NCBI RefSeq assembly: GCF_963921235.1
Contig: NC_086108.1
Coordinates: 73,844,001 to 73,908,000, forward strand
DNA length: 64,000 nucleotides
Reading direction: 5' to 3'
Source of the DNA: Mobula hypostoma
Lineage: Eukaryota
Below the pieces are notes generated by a model. That model searched no databases. It had not been told where the DNA came from and worked only from the letters and a program-made list of their open reading frames with translations. A program made the translations under genes and the position numbers. Positions 39,190 to 52,124 of this stretch are shown in pieces (within the stretch, counting starts at the first letter, position 1; every line of letters begins with the position of its first letter).

Positions 39190-41510
39190 TCATAAGATCA
39201 GAAGTGTGTATTGACGTTCACTGATGATTGCACAATGCTCAACACTATTCATAAGTCCTCGGATCATGGATCAATACACATCAAATGCGCAAGACATGGA
39301 CAATATCCAGACCCAGGGTGATAGGTGAAAGGTCATAATCACGTTACACAAATGACAAACAATGATGATGTCCAACTAGAGAAAATCTAGTGGTCACTTG
39401 CTTAGATTCAAGGACATTACTGTCACTGAATTCCCTCTATCAAACACTGTATCATCAACCAGAAACCGAACTGGAGTAGCCATAAACACAATGTGACTAC
39501 AAGAGCAGGCAAAGACTCAGAATCCAGCAGTGAGTAACTGACTTTCTAAATCTGCTGGATAAATGATTCTTCATTTACAAAAAAAAAAATCAAGAAACTC
39601 AAATTAAACAGGACATAGCAGACCTACTCATCTACCCCTGCAGAATCGTGGCAATACACATAGTGGCAACAGTTTGTACTATCTACAGGATTGACTGCAG
39701 CAACTCACCAAGTCCCCTTTAAGCACCTTCCAAACCCAAGGCCAATGAAAAACATGGAAATACCACCAAATGAATTTTTCTTCCAAGCCACAGAGTTTCC
39801 TGGCTTATAAATACTGAATATCACTCCCTTTTCACCTCTGACTGCGTTCCTGTACATGGTTCTAACTCCATAATCAAGTTCACAGACGACACCACGGTGG
39901 TTAGTCTGATCAGAGGGAATAACGAGACGGCCTACAGGGATGAGGTCCAGTACCTGGCCACGCGGTGTGCCAACAACAACCTGGCCCTTAACACCCAGAA
40001 GATCAAGGAGATCATTGTGGACTTCAGGCTTGCTAGGAGCCACACTCACGCCCTCATCTACATCAACGGAGCTGTAGTGGAGCGCGTATCAAGCTTCAAA
40101 TTCCTTGGTGTCCATATTTCTGAGTATCTCACCTGGTTCCTGAACTCCTCCATCCTGATCAAAAAGGCACAACAGCACCTTTATTTCCTGCGGAACACCA
40201 AGAAAGCTCACCTCTGTCCCAGGATACTGACGGACTTTTACCACTGAGAGCATACTCACAAACTGCACCTCAGTGTGGTATGGCAATTGTCCCGTATCAG
40301 ACCGCAAAACACTCCAGCGTGTGGTGAAAACTGCCCAGCGGATTATCGGCACCCAATTGCCCACCATTGAGAACATCTACCATAAACACTGCCTGGGCAG
40401 GGTGATAAGCATTATCAAGGATGCATCTCACCCTAACCATGGACTTTTTACTCTCCTCCCATCCGGTAGGCGCTATAGGAGCCTCCGCTCCCGCACCAGC
40501 AGGCACAGGAAGAGCTTCTTCCCTGAGGCTGTGACCCTGCTGAACCATCACAGCGCTAAGCAGTATTGCACCCATATTGTACTGTCTCAGAACTTTTATA
40601 TTTGTGTGCTGTAGTATTTACTTTTTTTTCCACAGTTATTTTGTAAATAACACTATTCTTTGCATTTCTGGTTAGAGGCTAACTGCATTTCATTGGCTTT
40701 GTATCTGTACTTGGCACAATGACAATAACGTTGAGTTGAATCTAATCTAATCAAATCACTAATTCAGAATAACTGGCACCTCCTCCCTAACACCATTATG
40801 GATATACTATACCTCTAGACTGTAGCGGTTTAAGAAGGCAATTCACCACCATTTAGGAATTTGGGGATAGAAGCACAAATGTTGGCTCAGCCTGTGAAGT
40901 CCACATCTCTCGAATTAAAATAAATCAACTGTGAGTATCTGCTCTCCAAGAGAGATGCAAGGAATCCAATTGGACTCTCTCAAAGGACAGGGAATGAACT
41001 AATAGTTATCTTACAATCTACATTAACAGATAAGAGCAATCATTTTGCTGGATGTGGTTATTTGCCACCAATTCAAACTATAATTAACCTAGAAATTACA
41101 AACCCTGAACTGTAAGAGTATCCTAATAACTGAAAGCAACATGTTTTGAATGGTCCCAGTAAACATTCATTCCCTCCACTGGTGCGCTGTGATAGAAATG
41201 ACTTAGAAAATATACGACAGTTACTTATTTAGGTTACCTCTCAAAACATAAACTAACCACAAAGCAGGACATGTGCAGCAGGTGTCTGGAGATACTAGTG
41301 CCTGCATGTCACATATTATCTTCAGTTGGAAATACATCACTGGTTCTTCATCATTGCTTGGCCTAAATCCCAGAACTCCTGACCCAAAGGCATTGTAACC
41401 TCCATGCAGAGGTTCAAAAGGCTGGCTGGCTCACTGCTGCCTTCTGAAGAACAACAGGGGAAGTGCAATTAATAACAGGCCCTGCCAGCAATACCCACAC
41501 GGCTAAAAAT
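39190..41510 (+). mobile_element. Old CR1/L2-group LINE 3' remnants, interrupted by the Rex1 copy
   Basis: F(A/T)DDCT-like motif at ~39215. The 3' UTR resumes at ~40755, with a second 3' UTR copy at ~41160-41510. Confidence 0.5.
39824..40750 (+). mobile_element. Relatively young Rex1/Babar-like LINE, 5'-truncated
   Basis: IIKFTDDTTVV, KIKEIIVDFR, VERVSSFKFLGVHIS, KKAQQHLYFLR, LLPSGRRYRSLRSRTSR; (aatct)n tail; many CpGs retained. Confidence 0.9.
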
Positions 41511-41529
41511 GAATAAAGGAAAATAAAAC

Positions 41530-41940
41530 CTCCCCTCCACGGACTCTGCCTACACTTCTTGCTGTCTCAGATAAGCAGCCAAATAATCAAAGAACACACC
41601 CATCCTGCATGATCTCTCTTCTCCTCCACCCTCCCGCCCCCCCCCCAATCAGGAAGAAAATATAAGAGTCTGAGTGTACATACCACCAGGCTCAAGGACA
41701 GCTTCTATCGTGCTGTTATAAGACTATTGAACAGTCCTGCAATAGGATAAGATAGACTCCTGACCTTACAATTTAACTTGTAATGGCCTTCACCTTATTG
41801 TCCACCTACAATGCACTTTCTCTGTAAATGTAACACTACGTTGCATTGTACTACCTCAATTCCCAGTGGCAATGAAATGATCTGTTTGGATTTCATGGAA
41901 AGTTTTTCATGTATCTTGGTACATGTGACAATAATAAACT
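41530..41940 (+). mobile_element. Rex1-like LINE 3' end
   Basis: Collinear with 13700-14110. Confidence 0.7.
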
Positions 41941-42164
41941 GATTTACAGATTTAACTGCACCAATTGTCTGCTACAAGTCCTACAATGCTTCAAATTCTT
42001 AACAGTGCAAGCAGTACATTATTTCCTTTTTGTTTACCCAGTCAAATCATATCAAGTACAGAAATCAATAAAAGTTAACCCATTCTACAGTCATTTTTTG
42101 ACCATTTCATATCCCACAATTCCAATCATCAGATGTACTGTTGCTTACTGTGTTCATCTTGGTC

Positions 42165-42540
42165 ATAGAGTAATAGAGCCATAGAAAAGTACAGCACAGA
42201 AACAAGCCTTTCAGCCCATCTAGTCCATGCCAAACCATTTAACCTGTCTACTCCCATTGACATGCACTAAGATCATAGCCTTCCAAATCTAACCATCTAT
42301 GTACCTATCCAAATTGCTCTTAAACATTGAAATCAAGCTCGCATGCATCATTTGTCCTGGCAGCTCATTCCACACTCTATCAACCCTCTGAATGAAGAAG
42401 TTTCCCCTCATGGTCCCCTTAAACTTCTCACTTTTCACCCTTAACCCATCACCTCTAGTTGAAGTCCTCAGTGGAAAAAGTCTGCTTGCATTTACTCAGT
42501 CTATGCCTCTCATAATATTTTATACATCAATCAAAGCTCT
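42165..42540 (-). mobile_element. CR1 LINE 3' end
   Basis: (catagag)n terminus, tacagcacagaaacaagcc..., cattccacactc. Confidence 0.75.
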
Positions 42541-43479
42541 CGAATCTCCTCTATCCTCAACACCATCTCTTTTTTGCTGCAATTTTAACAGCTCATACTT
42601 TCAACTCAACTTTAAAAACAATAAATATAAGCATATTTCTGTTGAATGTGGTAGAGGCAGTTTGAATCACATATCTGGGACAATAGCTTCTGTGTTGCCT
42701 GCAGCTGAATCCAGCTCAGATTAAAAATTCTCTTTTCATTTGATTGTTAGGATATGGCTTACTAAAGCCAACTTCCTATGGATGGCAGAAGTTGTCAGAT
42801 TTTTTTGCGTTATTCTGTCTCTTTCTTCTCCGTCATCTATGCCTTTTCCCATCCTCCTGGTTTCTTTCTTCCATTGCACAGCTTGTTTCTCTTTTTCCTT
42901 TCTCCCACAAACTTAGTGGTGTTAAGAATTTAAGAACGTAGCCCACTTTATTCTTATTTACACTTATAACACATACACTCTTCCCAGGATTTTCACACCA
43001 CTGCCTCCATCATTTCAATTCATTTATTCATTTTCTGGTTCTGTACGTATTCCATCTCCCAATTGACAGAGTTGCAGGGAGAAGTCAATGAAATTTGGAA
43101 AATTTAAAGTGCAGGTCACCATGTGTACATTATTCAGAGTTGCTTATGGTGTCTTTCCATTCAATGTGTTTAAAGTTCAAAAGTTCAGAGTACAAAGTAA
43201 ATTTATTATCAGAGTATGCACACGTAATCATATACTACCTTGAGATTCATTTTCTGATAGGCATTCAGAAGTACAACAGAACCAATGAAAAACCACACAC
43301 TACAAAGATGGACAACCAACCAATGCACAAAAGAAAACAAACTTGTGCAATTACAAAAAAAGGGGAAAAAACCAAAATAGCACTAATAAATAAATAAGCA
43401 TTAATGTTTATTTTTGAACAAATCATTGCAAAGCCAATGAATTTAAGAAGTCGGACAGTTTGGTTACCACCAGGCTGTA

Positions 43480-44500
43480 CCATTGGTTGATCTGTCTGTC
43501 CATTCTCCCACCAACATTATCAGTATTATCAGTTGATTTCTATTGTGATTGTGATTCAGCAGGGCTTAGGTCTGCTTGTCGGTATTTGTATCTAGAGAGC
43601 TGCTCATTATTTTATTTAGCAAAGCGTTAAGCACGTTCTGATTCCCAAGAGCAGCAGGAAAAGCACATCACATGGTGCAAATGCCTGGTGAGCTTCAATG
43701 CAGAAAGCTTCATCAAAAACATTCCAATGAAGTACCTCATGCCTTTACTGGCATTGCAGAAAAGCAATCATGCTAGCATGATTAACTGATAGTAAAGCCA
43801 GACTGATTCTATCTGCCAAAATGCTTTCAATCACAAGTTCAATCACTTTCACACTCAGCTGTCAACATCCATCCACAGTATTATCTCCAGAAAGTTTGCT
43901 AGCAAAAAGCCAAACGCAAAAATCATAAAATATTCTTTAAATATGACAAGATCCTAAGAAAACATGGACCATTTCCCATAATCTCAGCAGGCACTTCCGA
44001 GAAAAGACAGACATTGATGTTAAAAGTCATCAACATCAATTCATCAGCACATACTTTTGCCTTGTGAGGAAAAGAATTTACAGGAAGAAGTCCTCAAACC
44101 CAGCACAAAGTTCACAATCCACCAGATCTGCCTGTATGCTTTTAAGACATGAACCACTTACAACAGGCACATCAAAGCAATGGAGAAATACCACTAACAA
44201 TGTTTCTGTATAATCCTCTACCTTTACATGCAAGATGTGAACTCACATAAACATCCTCTCAAAGCCAACATCCCAAAGATTCTCTACCCTTCAAAGTAAA
44301 AGAGCATTCAGAATTGGTGAAGAACACAAAGAAACATAACGGAAATGCCAGAAGAAGCACACCGCCACCCAGATACTCCACTTGCCAACTCAGTCAAGAG
44401 CCTCCCAGCTGATCTGAGTAGAGTCTGCCAGACTCACATTGGTCTTACCAATTATCTCAAAGCTAACAGAAAGGAGAGAAAGCAAGTCATCCCAAGCAAT
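43480..44500 (+). mobile_element. Highly decayed RTE-like LINE
   Basis: Shares landmarks with 59700-61790, including a 3' end like ...agcaagtcatcc. Confidence 0.45.
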
Positions 44501-45363
44501 TCCCTACATAATAATTAGATATGTTCCAATTACAGGAGAGATCCACCAACATTAACTCTGCAAATCCTCCAAATCCAACAAACACAAAACTGAATGTATG
44601 TAGGCTCAGGCCTTCACCTTGACGTTCTTCCCCACCTCAACAGTTCCTGCTTTTCCACGTTGAGCTTTAAAAGAGCCCACCAATAGGTTGAATTGATTTT
44701 CTCATTTATTCTGTAGCAAATAGCATTACCTAGCCATAACAGCAACTTCCTTTTATCAACAGTGTTTTTTAAGACTTGTGTTAGTTATTTTCTACACTCC
44801 ACATACAGTATTTTCCAATTGATACCAAAAGGCCAAGTTGTAAACAAGTACTTTTAATACATATAATGCCCATCAACTTTTATTGCACATCAGGAGCCAG
44901 AGCATATCAAAAAATGGGCAGATGGAACATAGCTATGAATTCCATCATTATGCAGGAAGAGCGTGGTGGGTAAAGGGACCAGGTGAGGACCACAGGAAAA
45001 ATATATGCAGATGGAGTGTGGTCAGCATCACAAGTGTCTGGGTAGGGTCAGGAGCTGTGCAGCAGCAGATTAATTGGGAACATGGGTAAGTATGCATATA
45101 GACATACTTACATATAGACATAGGAGGGATATTATGGCTGAGAGAAGAGGATATTAGGACTGAAGAGAGAAAGCCTTGGAGAGGACCAGTGTGTGTCAAA
45201 AGTTGCATTTAACTATATCTGCTATATAATGACAATAGTTATGCTCTTAAAAAAAAATAAGTGTACAGGTGCTTTTTAATTCATTTTGTTAAACCGAGTA
45301 TTGTTTAATTGTACAAGAAGATTTTGCTTTAGTTACACAAAAAGCTCTATAAAACTATTTTCT

Positions 45364-48292
45364 CATAGAAACATCAAAACACAGAAAACCTACAGCACAA
45401 TACAGGTCCTTCAGCCCACAATGCTGTGCCGAACACTTACTTAGAAATTACCTAGGGTTACCCATAGCCCTCTATTTTTCTGAGCTCCATGTACCTATCC
45501 AGGGGTCTCTTAAAAGACCCTATCGTATCTGCCTCCACCACCATTGCCAGCAGCTTATTCCACGCACTCACCACTCTCTGCATAAAAAAAAACTTACCTC
45601 TGACATCTCCTCCATATCTGCTTCCAACCACATTAAAACTGTGCCCTCTCCTGTTAGCCATTTCAGCCCTGGGAAAAAATCTCTGACTATCCACACAATC
45701 AACGCCTCTCATCATCATATACGCCTCTATCAGGTCACCTCTCATCCACCGCCGCTCCAAGGAAAAAAGGCCAAGTTCACTCAACCTATTCTCATATGGC
45801 GTGCTCCCCAATCCAGGTAACATCCTTGTAAATCTCCTCTGCACCCTTTCTATAGTTTCCACATCCTTCCTGTAATGAGGTGACCAGAACTGAGCGCAGT
45901 ACTCCAAGTGGGGTCTGACCAGGGTCCTATAAAGCTGTAACATTACCTCTCGGGCTCTTAAACTCAATCCCACAGTTGATAAAGGCCGATGTACGGTATG
46001 CCTTCTTAACCACATAGTTAACCTGCGCAGCAGCTTTGAGTGTCCTATGGACTCCAACCCCAAGATCCCTCTGATCCTCCACACTGCCAAGAGTCTTACC
46101 ATTAACACTGTATTCTGCCAACATATTTGACCAACCAAAATGAACCACCTCACATTTATCTGGGTTGAACTCTATCTGCCACTTCTCAGCCCAGTTCTGA
46201 CTAGAGTTTCAACAGCCTTTGTACACCAGGGTTCCTGTACTCTACCATCTTTTCCCTGTCTCATTGGAACGTACCTATGCAGAACTCCACACAAGTATCC
46301 CCTGAACATTTGCCACATTTCTGCTGTACATTTCCCTGAGAACATCTTTTCCCAATTTATGCTTTCAAGTTCCTGCCTGATAGTTTCATATTTCCCCTTA
46401 CTCCAATTAAACACTTTCCTAACTTATCTGTTCCTATCCCTCTCCAATGCTAAGGTAAAAGAAATAGAATTATGATCACCATCTCCAAAATGCTTTCCCA
46501 CTGAAAGACCTGACACTTGACCAGGTTCATTTCCCAATACCAGATCAAATGCAGCCTCTCCTCTTGTAGGCGTATCTACATATTGTGTCAAGAAACCTTC
46601 CTGAACACACCTAACAAACTCCACCCCATCAAAACCCCTTGGTCTAGGGAGATGCCAATCAATATTTGGAAATTTTAAATAGCCCACCATGACGACCTTG
46701 TTATTAAGCAACACACATCAAAGCTGCTGGTGAACGCAGCAGGCCAGGCAGCATCTCTAGGAAGAGGTACAGTCAACATTTCAGGCCCTGTTATTATTAC
46801 ACATTTCCAGAATCTGTCTCCCTATCTGCTCCTCTATGTCCATGTTACTATTGGGTGGTCTATAAAAATCACCCAGTAGAGTTATTGACTCCTTCCTGTT
46901 CCTAACTTCCACCCACAGAGACTCCTTAGACAATCCCTCCATGACTTCTTCCTTTTCTGCAGCCATGACACTATCTCTGATCAGCAGTGCCACGCCCCCA
47001 CCTCTTTTGCCTCCCTCCCTGTCCTTTCTGAAACATCTAAAGCCTGGCATTCTAAGTAACCATTCCTGCCCTCGAGTTAACCAAGTCTTCGTAATGGCCA
47101 CAACATCATAGCTCCAAGTACTGATCCACGCTCTAAGCTCATCCGCTTTGTTCATGATGTTTCTTGCATTAAAATAGCCACATCTGAAACCATCGGTCTG
47201 AGCGCATCCCTTCTCTATCACCTGCCTATCCTCCCTCTCACACTGTCTCCAAGCTTTCTCCATCTGTGAGCCATCTTCCTCTGTCTCTTCAGTTCAGTTC
47301 CCACCACCCAGCAATTGTAGTTTAAATTCTCCTCAACAGCCTTAGCAAACCTCCCTACCAGGATATTGGTCCCACTCGGATTCAAGTGCAACCCGTCCTT
47401 TTTGTACAGGTCAACCCTGCCCCAAAAGAGGTCTCAATGATCCAGAAATCTGAATCCCTGCCCCCCATTCCAATCCCTCAACCACGCATTTATCCTCCAC
47501 CTCACTCTATTCCTATACTCACTGTTGTGTAGCACAGGCAGTAATCCAGAGATTACTACCTTTGAGGTCCTGCTTCTCAGCTTCTTTCCTAACTCCCTGT
47601 AGTCTGTTTTCAGGACCCCTCCCCGTTCCTACCTATGTCGTAGGTACCATTATGTACCACGACCTCTGGCTGTTCACCTCCCCATTTCAGGATATCGTGG
47701 GCACGATCAATAAAACCTGGGACACTGGCACCTGGGAGGCAAACTACCATCTGCATTTCTTTCCTGTGTCCACAGAATCACCTGTCTGACCCCCTAACTA
47801 GAGAGTCCCCTATTACTGCTGCCTTCTTCCTTTAACTACCCTCCTGAGCCACAGACTCTGCCAGAGGTGCAGCCACTGTTGCTTCCCCGAGGTAGGCCGC
47901 TCCCTCCAACAGTACTCAAACAGGAGTACCTATTGTTAAGGGGGACAGCCACAGGGGTACTCTCTAGTATCTGACTCTTGCCCTTCCTTCTCCTGACTGT
48001 TACCCACTTACCTGTCTTCCAAGGCCCCAGTGTGACTACCTGCCTACAGTCCCTCTCCATCACCTCCTCACTCTCCCTGACCAGACGAAGGTCATCTCCA
48101 GTTCCCTAAGCCGGTCCTGAAGGAACTGCAGCTCGACGCACCTGGTGCAGATGTGGCCTTCCGGGAGGCTGGGAGTCTCCCAGACTTCCCACATCTGACA
48201 CCCAGCACAGAACACCGGCCTCACAGACGTACTTCCCGTTTCTATCCTTCACAGGTAACCTACCTCACCTCGATCCGTTATCACCTAAGCCC
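45364..48292 (-). mobile_element. CR1 LINE with ORF1, EN and RT C-terminus; RT core deleted
   Basis: EN YFNARNIMNKADEL..VVAITKTWL..YRPPN; C-terminus LYRTLVRPHLEYCAQFWSPH. Abrupt jump near 46196. Confidence 0.9.
46707..46788 (-). mobile_element. 82-bp PLE terminal fragment inserted in CR1 with 8-bp TSD
   Basis: Nearly identical to 15821-15901; flanked by TGTTATTA at 46699-46706 and 46789-46796. Confidence 0.85.
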
Positions 48293-48489
48293 CATTTTGT
48301 TAAATTCCACTATAAAAATAGTGAATATCATGAGGTATATGGTTATGAAGCACGTTCAATCGGAGAAGTCACTCTAAATCAGCATAAATCTTTACATAAT
48401 TAATTTGGTAATAATCTAAGCCACATCGTAACAACTTAATTCTTTGATTAAAATTGTCCTGCCTTCTCCAATTACATTTGATACGCTGC

Positions 48490-49830
48490 CTAATCAAGAA
48501 CCCATCAACTTCCACTTTAAATATACCCAGTGACTTGGCCTACACAGCTGTCTGTGGCAATGAATTCCACAGATTACTGCCCTCTGTCGAAAGAAATTCT
48601 TCCTCAACTCTGTTCCAAATGAATGTTCCTCGATTCTGAGGCTGTGCACTCTGGTCGCAGACTCCCCCACTTTAGGAAACTTTCTCTCCACGCCCACTCT
48701 ATATTTGATGGGTTTCAAAGAGACCACCCCCCCCAACCTACCTCTTTCTTTTAAACTTCAGTGAGTACAGGCTAAGAGCCATCAAACACTCTTCATATGT
48801 TAACCCTATCATTTCCAGAGATCTGAAACCTATTCAATGCCAGCATATCTTTTTTTAGATAAGGAGCCCAAAACTGCTCACAATACCCCATGTGGTCTGA
48901 CGAATGCCTTATAAAGCCTCTGCCTTGTATCCTTACTTTTATAGTGTAGTCCCCTTGAAATGAATACCTTCCTCACCACCGAATCAACCTGCAAATTAAC
49001 CTATAGGAAAACAATCCTGCACAAGGACTCCCAAGTCCCTTTGCACCTCTGATTTTTGAACTTTCTCCCCATTTAGAAAATACTCTATGCCTTTATGCCT
49101 TCTACCACTGCTTGACCATGCACTTCCTTACACTATATTCCTTCTGCCACTTCTTTGCACATTCTCCCAGTCTATCAGTCTTTCTATAGAATCCCTGCAT
49201 CCTCAACATGAACTGCCCCTCCACCTATCTTTGTATCATTTGCAAACTTGGCTACAAAGACAATTTTGTCATCCAAATCATTGACCTATTACGTGAAAAG
49301 AAGCAGTCCCAACACCAGTCCCTGCAGAACACCACTAGAAATTGGCGGTCAACCAGAAAAAGACCCCTTTTCCCCCCACTCTTTGTCTCCTCCCAGTAAG
49401 GTAATGCTCTATTCACACTCCTTTCTGTAATACCATGGACTCTTATCTTGATAAGAAGCCTAATGTGCAGCAACTTGTTAAAGCCCTTCTGAAAATCCAA
49501 GTAAACAACATTCACTGATTCTCCTTTGTCTATCCTGCTTGTTATTTCCTCAAAGAATTCCAACACTTCTGTCAGGCAAGATTTCCCCTTAAAGGAAACT
49601 ATGCTGACTTTGGCCTATTTTATCATGTACTTTCAAGTACTCCAAAACCTCATCCTTAGTAATGGACTCCAATATCTTCCCAACCACTGAAGCCAGGCTA
49701 AGTGGCCTATAATTTACTTTCTTCTACCTCCCCCCTTCTTAAAGAGTGAAATGATACCTGAAATTTTCCAGTCCTCTGGAACTATTCCAGAATCTAGTGA
49801 TTCTTTCCTAATGCTTCCTCAACTTCTGGT
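48490..49830 (-). mobile_element. Decayed CR1 LINE RT fragment
   Basis: LEFFEEITSRIDKGESVNVVYLDFQKGFNK; collinear with 4270-5650. Confidence 0.85.
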
Positions 49831-50760
49831 ATCCTCTTTTATATTATTGGCTAGCTTACCTCGAAAAACTTTAAAACATTCCATAATCCGACTTTCAATG
49901 GCAACAGTGAGAAGACAGTCTGTTTTATAGCACTAACAACCTCACCTTAAAGGACACACCTTTCACCAAAGTTAAGCCACAAGAAAAACAATACAAATAT
50001 TCTGATTCATATAGTTCATTTAATGCCCTCAAAAGTCACTTCATTTGACACACAAGTGTATCTACAAAAGAAAATTTAAATATCATGCCTCAATTAAACG
50101 TTTCTGACATACTCACTGTGGCAGATAGATGTATCAAATTGCTGTGTTTCTATTGCAGTATGATATTATAAATATTTCTCATTCTAAATGAGAAACTGTT
50201 GGATTCAATTCATTTAGTGATGAGCTGGCTAAATGTTTGGAACTGTAACAGGAGCACTACAAGTGGCCTCAGCTTGAAGTATTGAGGAAAATAAAACCCA
50301 TTCCCAATTTCAACTGCAATGAATGAACTGTGAGGCAAAAATCACCATGAACAGAATGCACCTTGCTTGTTATTTTCCACCAAGATAGGCCATCCAAATC
50401 TATTGTTCAGACTCACACAGGAGAAGAACTGGTGAGAAACAAATGACTGGGATCAAAGAAAACTTTCAGAAACACCTTTAACATGGAAGGCACAATGAGA
50501 TTGACTTGACATCACTGGACAGATGTTAAATTTCAGTGTGGGAGGTGGAAAAAAGGCATGATTTTCTGTGGGAAGAGGAGTGTAAAATAATTTACAGTGC
50601 AGTAAATGGCATTTGACTTGCTTTACAAATATTTGATGGTCACGAATATGCTGAATGCCTGAAATATATTTACAACACTAACAAATTAACAAAGAAATAT
50701 TTTCAAACATCCATTACATATCACAGCTATAGTGTTCCAGGTATAACTATGTTTACTTAC

Positions 50761-50792
50761 AAGCTTCCTTTTCTTGGTAAACTCAATTCTTT
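50761..50792 (-). CDS. MAST2: MAST-family kinase 32-nt internal coding exon (KELSLPRKGS + 2 nt)
   Basis: The minus strand reads cttttcttttgcag|AAAGAATTGAGTTTACCAAGAAAAGGAAGCTT|gtaagt, with a strong acceptor and donor. The peptide matches the conserved MAST motif KELSLPRRGS(F) that precedes CRTSNRKS. Phase 0 to phase 2. Confidence 0.88.
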
Positions 50793-51384
50793 CTGCAAAA
50801 GAAAAGAATGCAAATTATTGCAACAGGTTAACAGAAAGGTACATTACTCTGTTTCAATACAATTTAAATTAATAACCTGAAGCGATTATAAAGTACAGGT
50901 GGTGACAAGTTTCATCATTAAAATGGTTACCTGTTATATGGAATATAGATGGCCAGTGTATTCCTTTTATAATATAAGAATCATTTACATCTAAACCACG
51001 TAAAAACCCATTCATAAATAAGAAAATATACTTCAATGCACAGACAGTTACTCTGGAATGATTGGAACCTGATCTGCCCATTTTATTTCATTTTTTTCAT
51101 GACCAAGACTAAATTGTCTTTTTAGTCCTGCAGTAGTAATGTCACAAACTCACAAAACACAATCAACTATAACATTATTTATATGTCTACGTATTTTCTA
51201 TATGTCTGCTCTATTGGCAAACCATTGCGCCAAATAGCAAGATTTTTTTTTCTCCAAGCAAGCTCAACCATACCACTGAGCAAAAAATGAGCATAATCCA
51301 AAATAAATTACACCATGGCAAAAAAGTAACTGAAAGTAAACAAATTAATTAAACTTAATTCTAAAGAAACATTTTCTACCTTGC

Positions 51385-51730
51385 TTCAGAAAGCATGGAC
51401 AGGGGAGGTAGTCAGAGACTTTTTCCCAGGATAGAAATGTAAAACAGGAGAGGAAACAATGAAAGAGGAGGGAAGTTTGAAGAGATTTACAAGGCAAGTT
51501 TTTTTTGCCATGGAGAGTGATAGGTGCCTGGTATGTACTGCCGGGGAAGTGATGAAAGTATCTATGATAGTAGCATTTATTTGGCATTTAGACAAGCCAA
51601 TGAACAGGCAGTGAATGGAGGGATGTAGACCATGTGCAGGCGCATGAGATTAATTTAATTTGGTAACTAGGTCAGCAAAAAACATCACGAGACAAAGGGC
51701 CTGTTCCTCTGCTAGACAGTTCTATGATCT
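51385..51730 (+). mobile_element. CR1 LINE 3' end
   Basis: Degraded C-terminal segment and gggcctgttcct...gttctatgatctat tail. Confidence 0.7.
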
Positions 51731-51918
51731 ATATTGATTTAAATCTTCCATCTGTCCCTGATGCAGCATATAGCTAAAAGTTAAAACAACATCTACTTTG
51801 TAAATTCCTATGGGGAAATATGCTATCATCTTAGCTCAATTCAAAAGAATTTTGCATCTCATGTCAATTCAGGGGTTATACCACTAGATGGCAAGAAACA
51901 CACATCAATACATCCAAC

Positions 51919-52047
51919 AAACATGAGAAAGTCTTCAGACGCTGGGAATCAACACACAAAATGCAGGAGGAACTCAGCAGGTCAGGAAGCATCCATGGAA
52001 AAGAGTAAATAGTCAATGTTTCGGGCCAAACCCCTTCTTCAGGACTG
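51919..52047 (-). mobile_element. Short PLE terminal fragment with hammerhead motif at 52011-52046
   Basis: Minus strand AGTC CTGAAGA AGGGG TTTGG CCC GAAA CA TT GACT followed by the standard PLE end. Confidence 0.8.
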
Positions 52048-52124
52048 CTCAGAAAAAAAATTCAACTGCTCAGATGAAGCCTAACAGAACAAAATCAAGC
52101 ATTTTTTCCTACAGATTGCGCGGA

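Noticed and set aside
50117..50149. Possible 33-nt microexon (aatag|AAACACAG...GCCACA|gtgagt) just downstream of the KELSLPRKGS exon
   Set aside because: The donor is good, but in the required phase 2 frame it contains TGA. The acceptor is weak and the peptide is not recognised.
52044..52075. Repeated ACTGCTCAGA as TSD of the short PLE
   Set aside because: Both copies are on the same side of the element.
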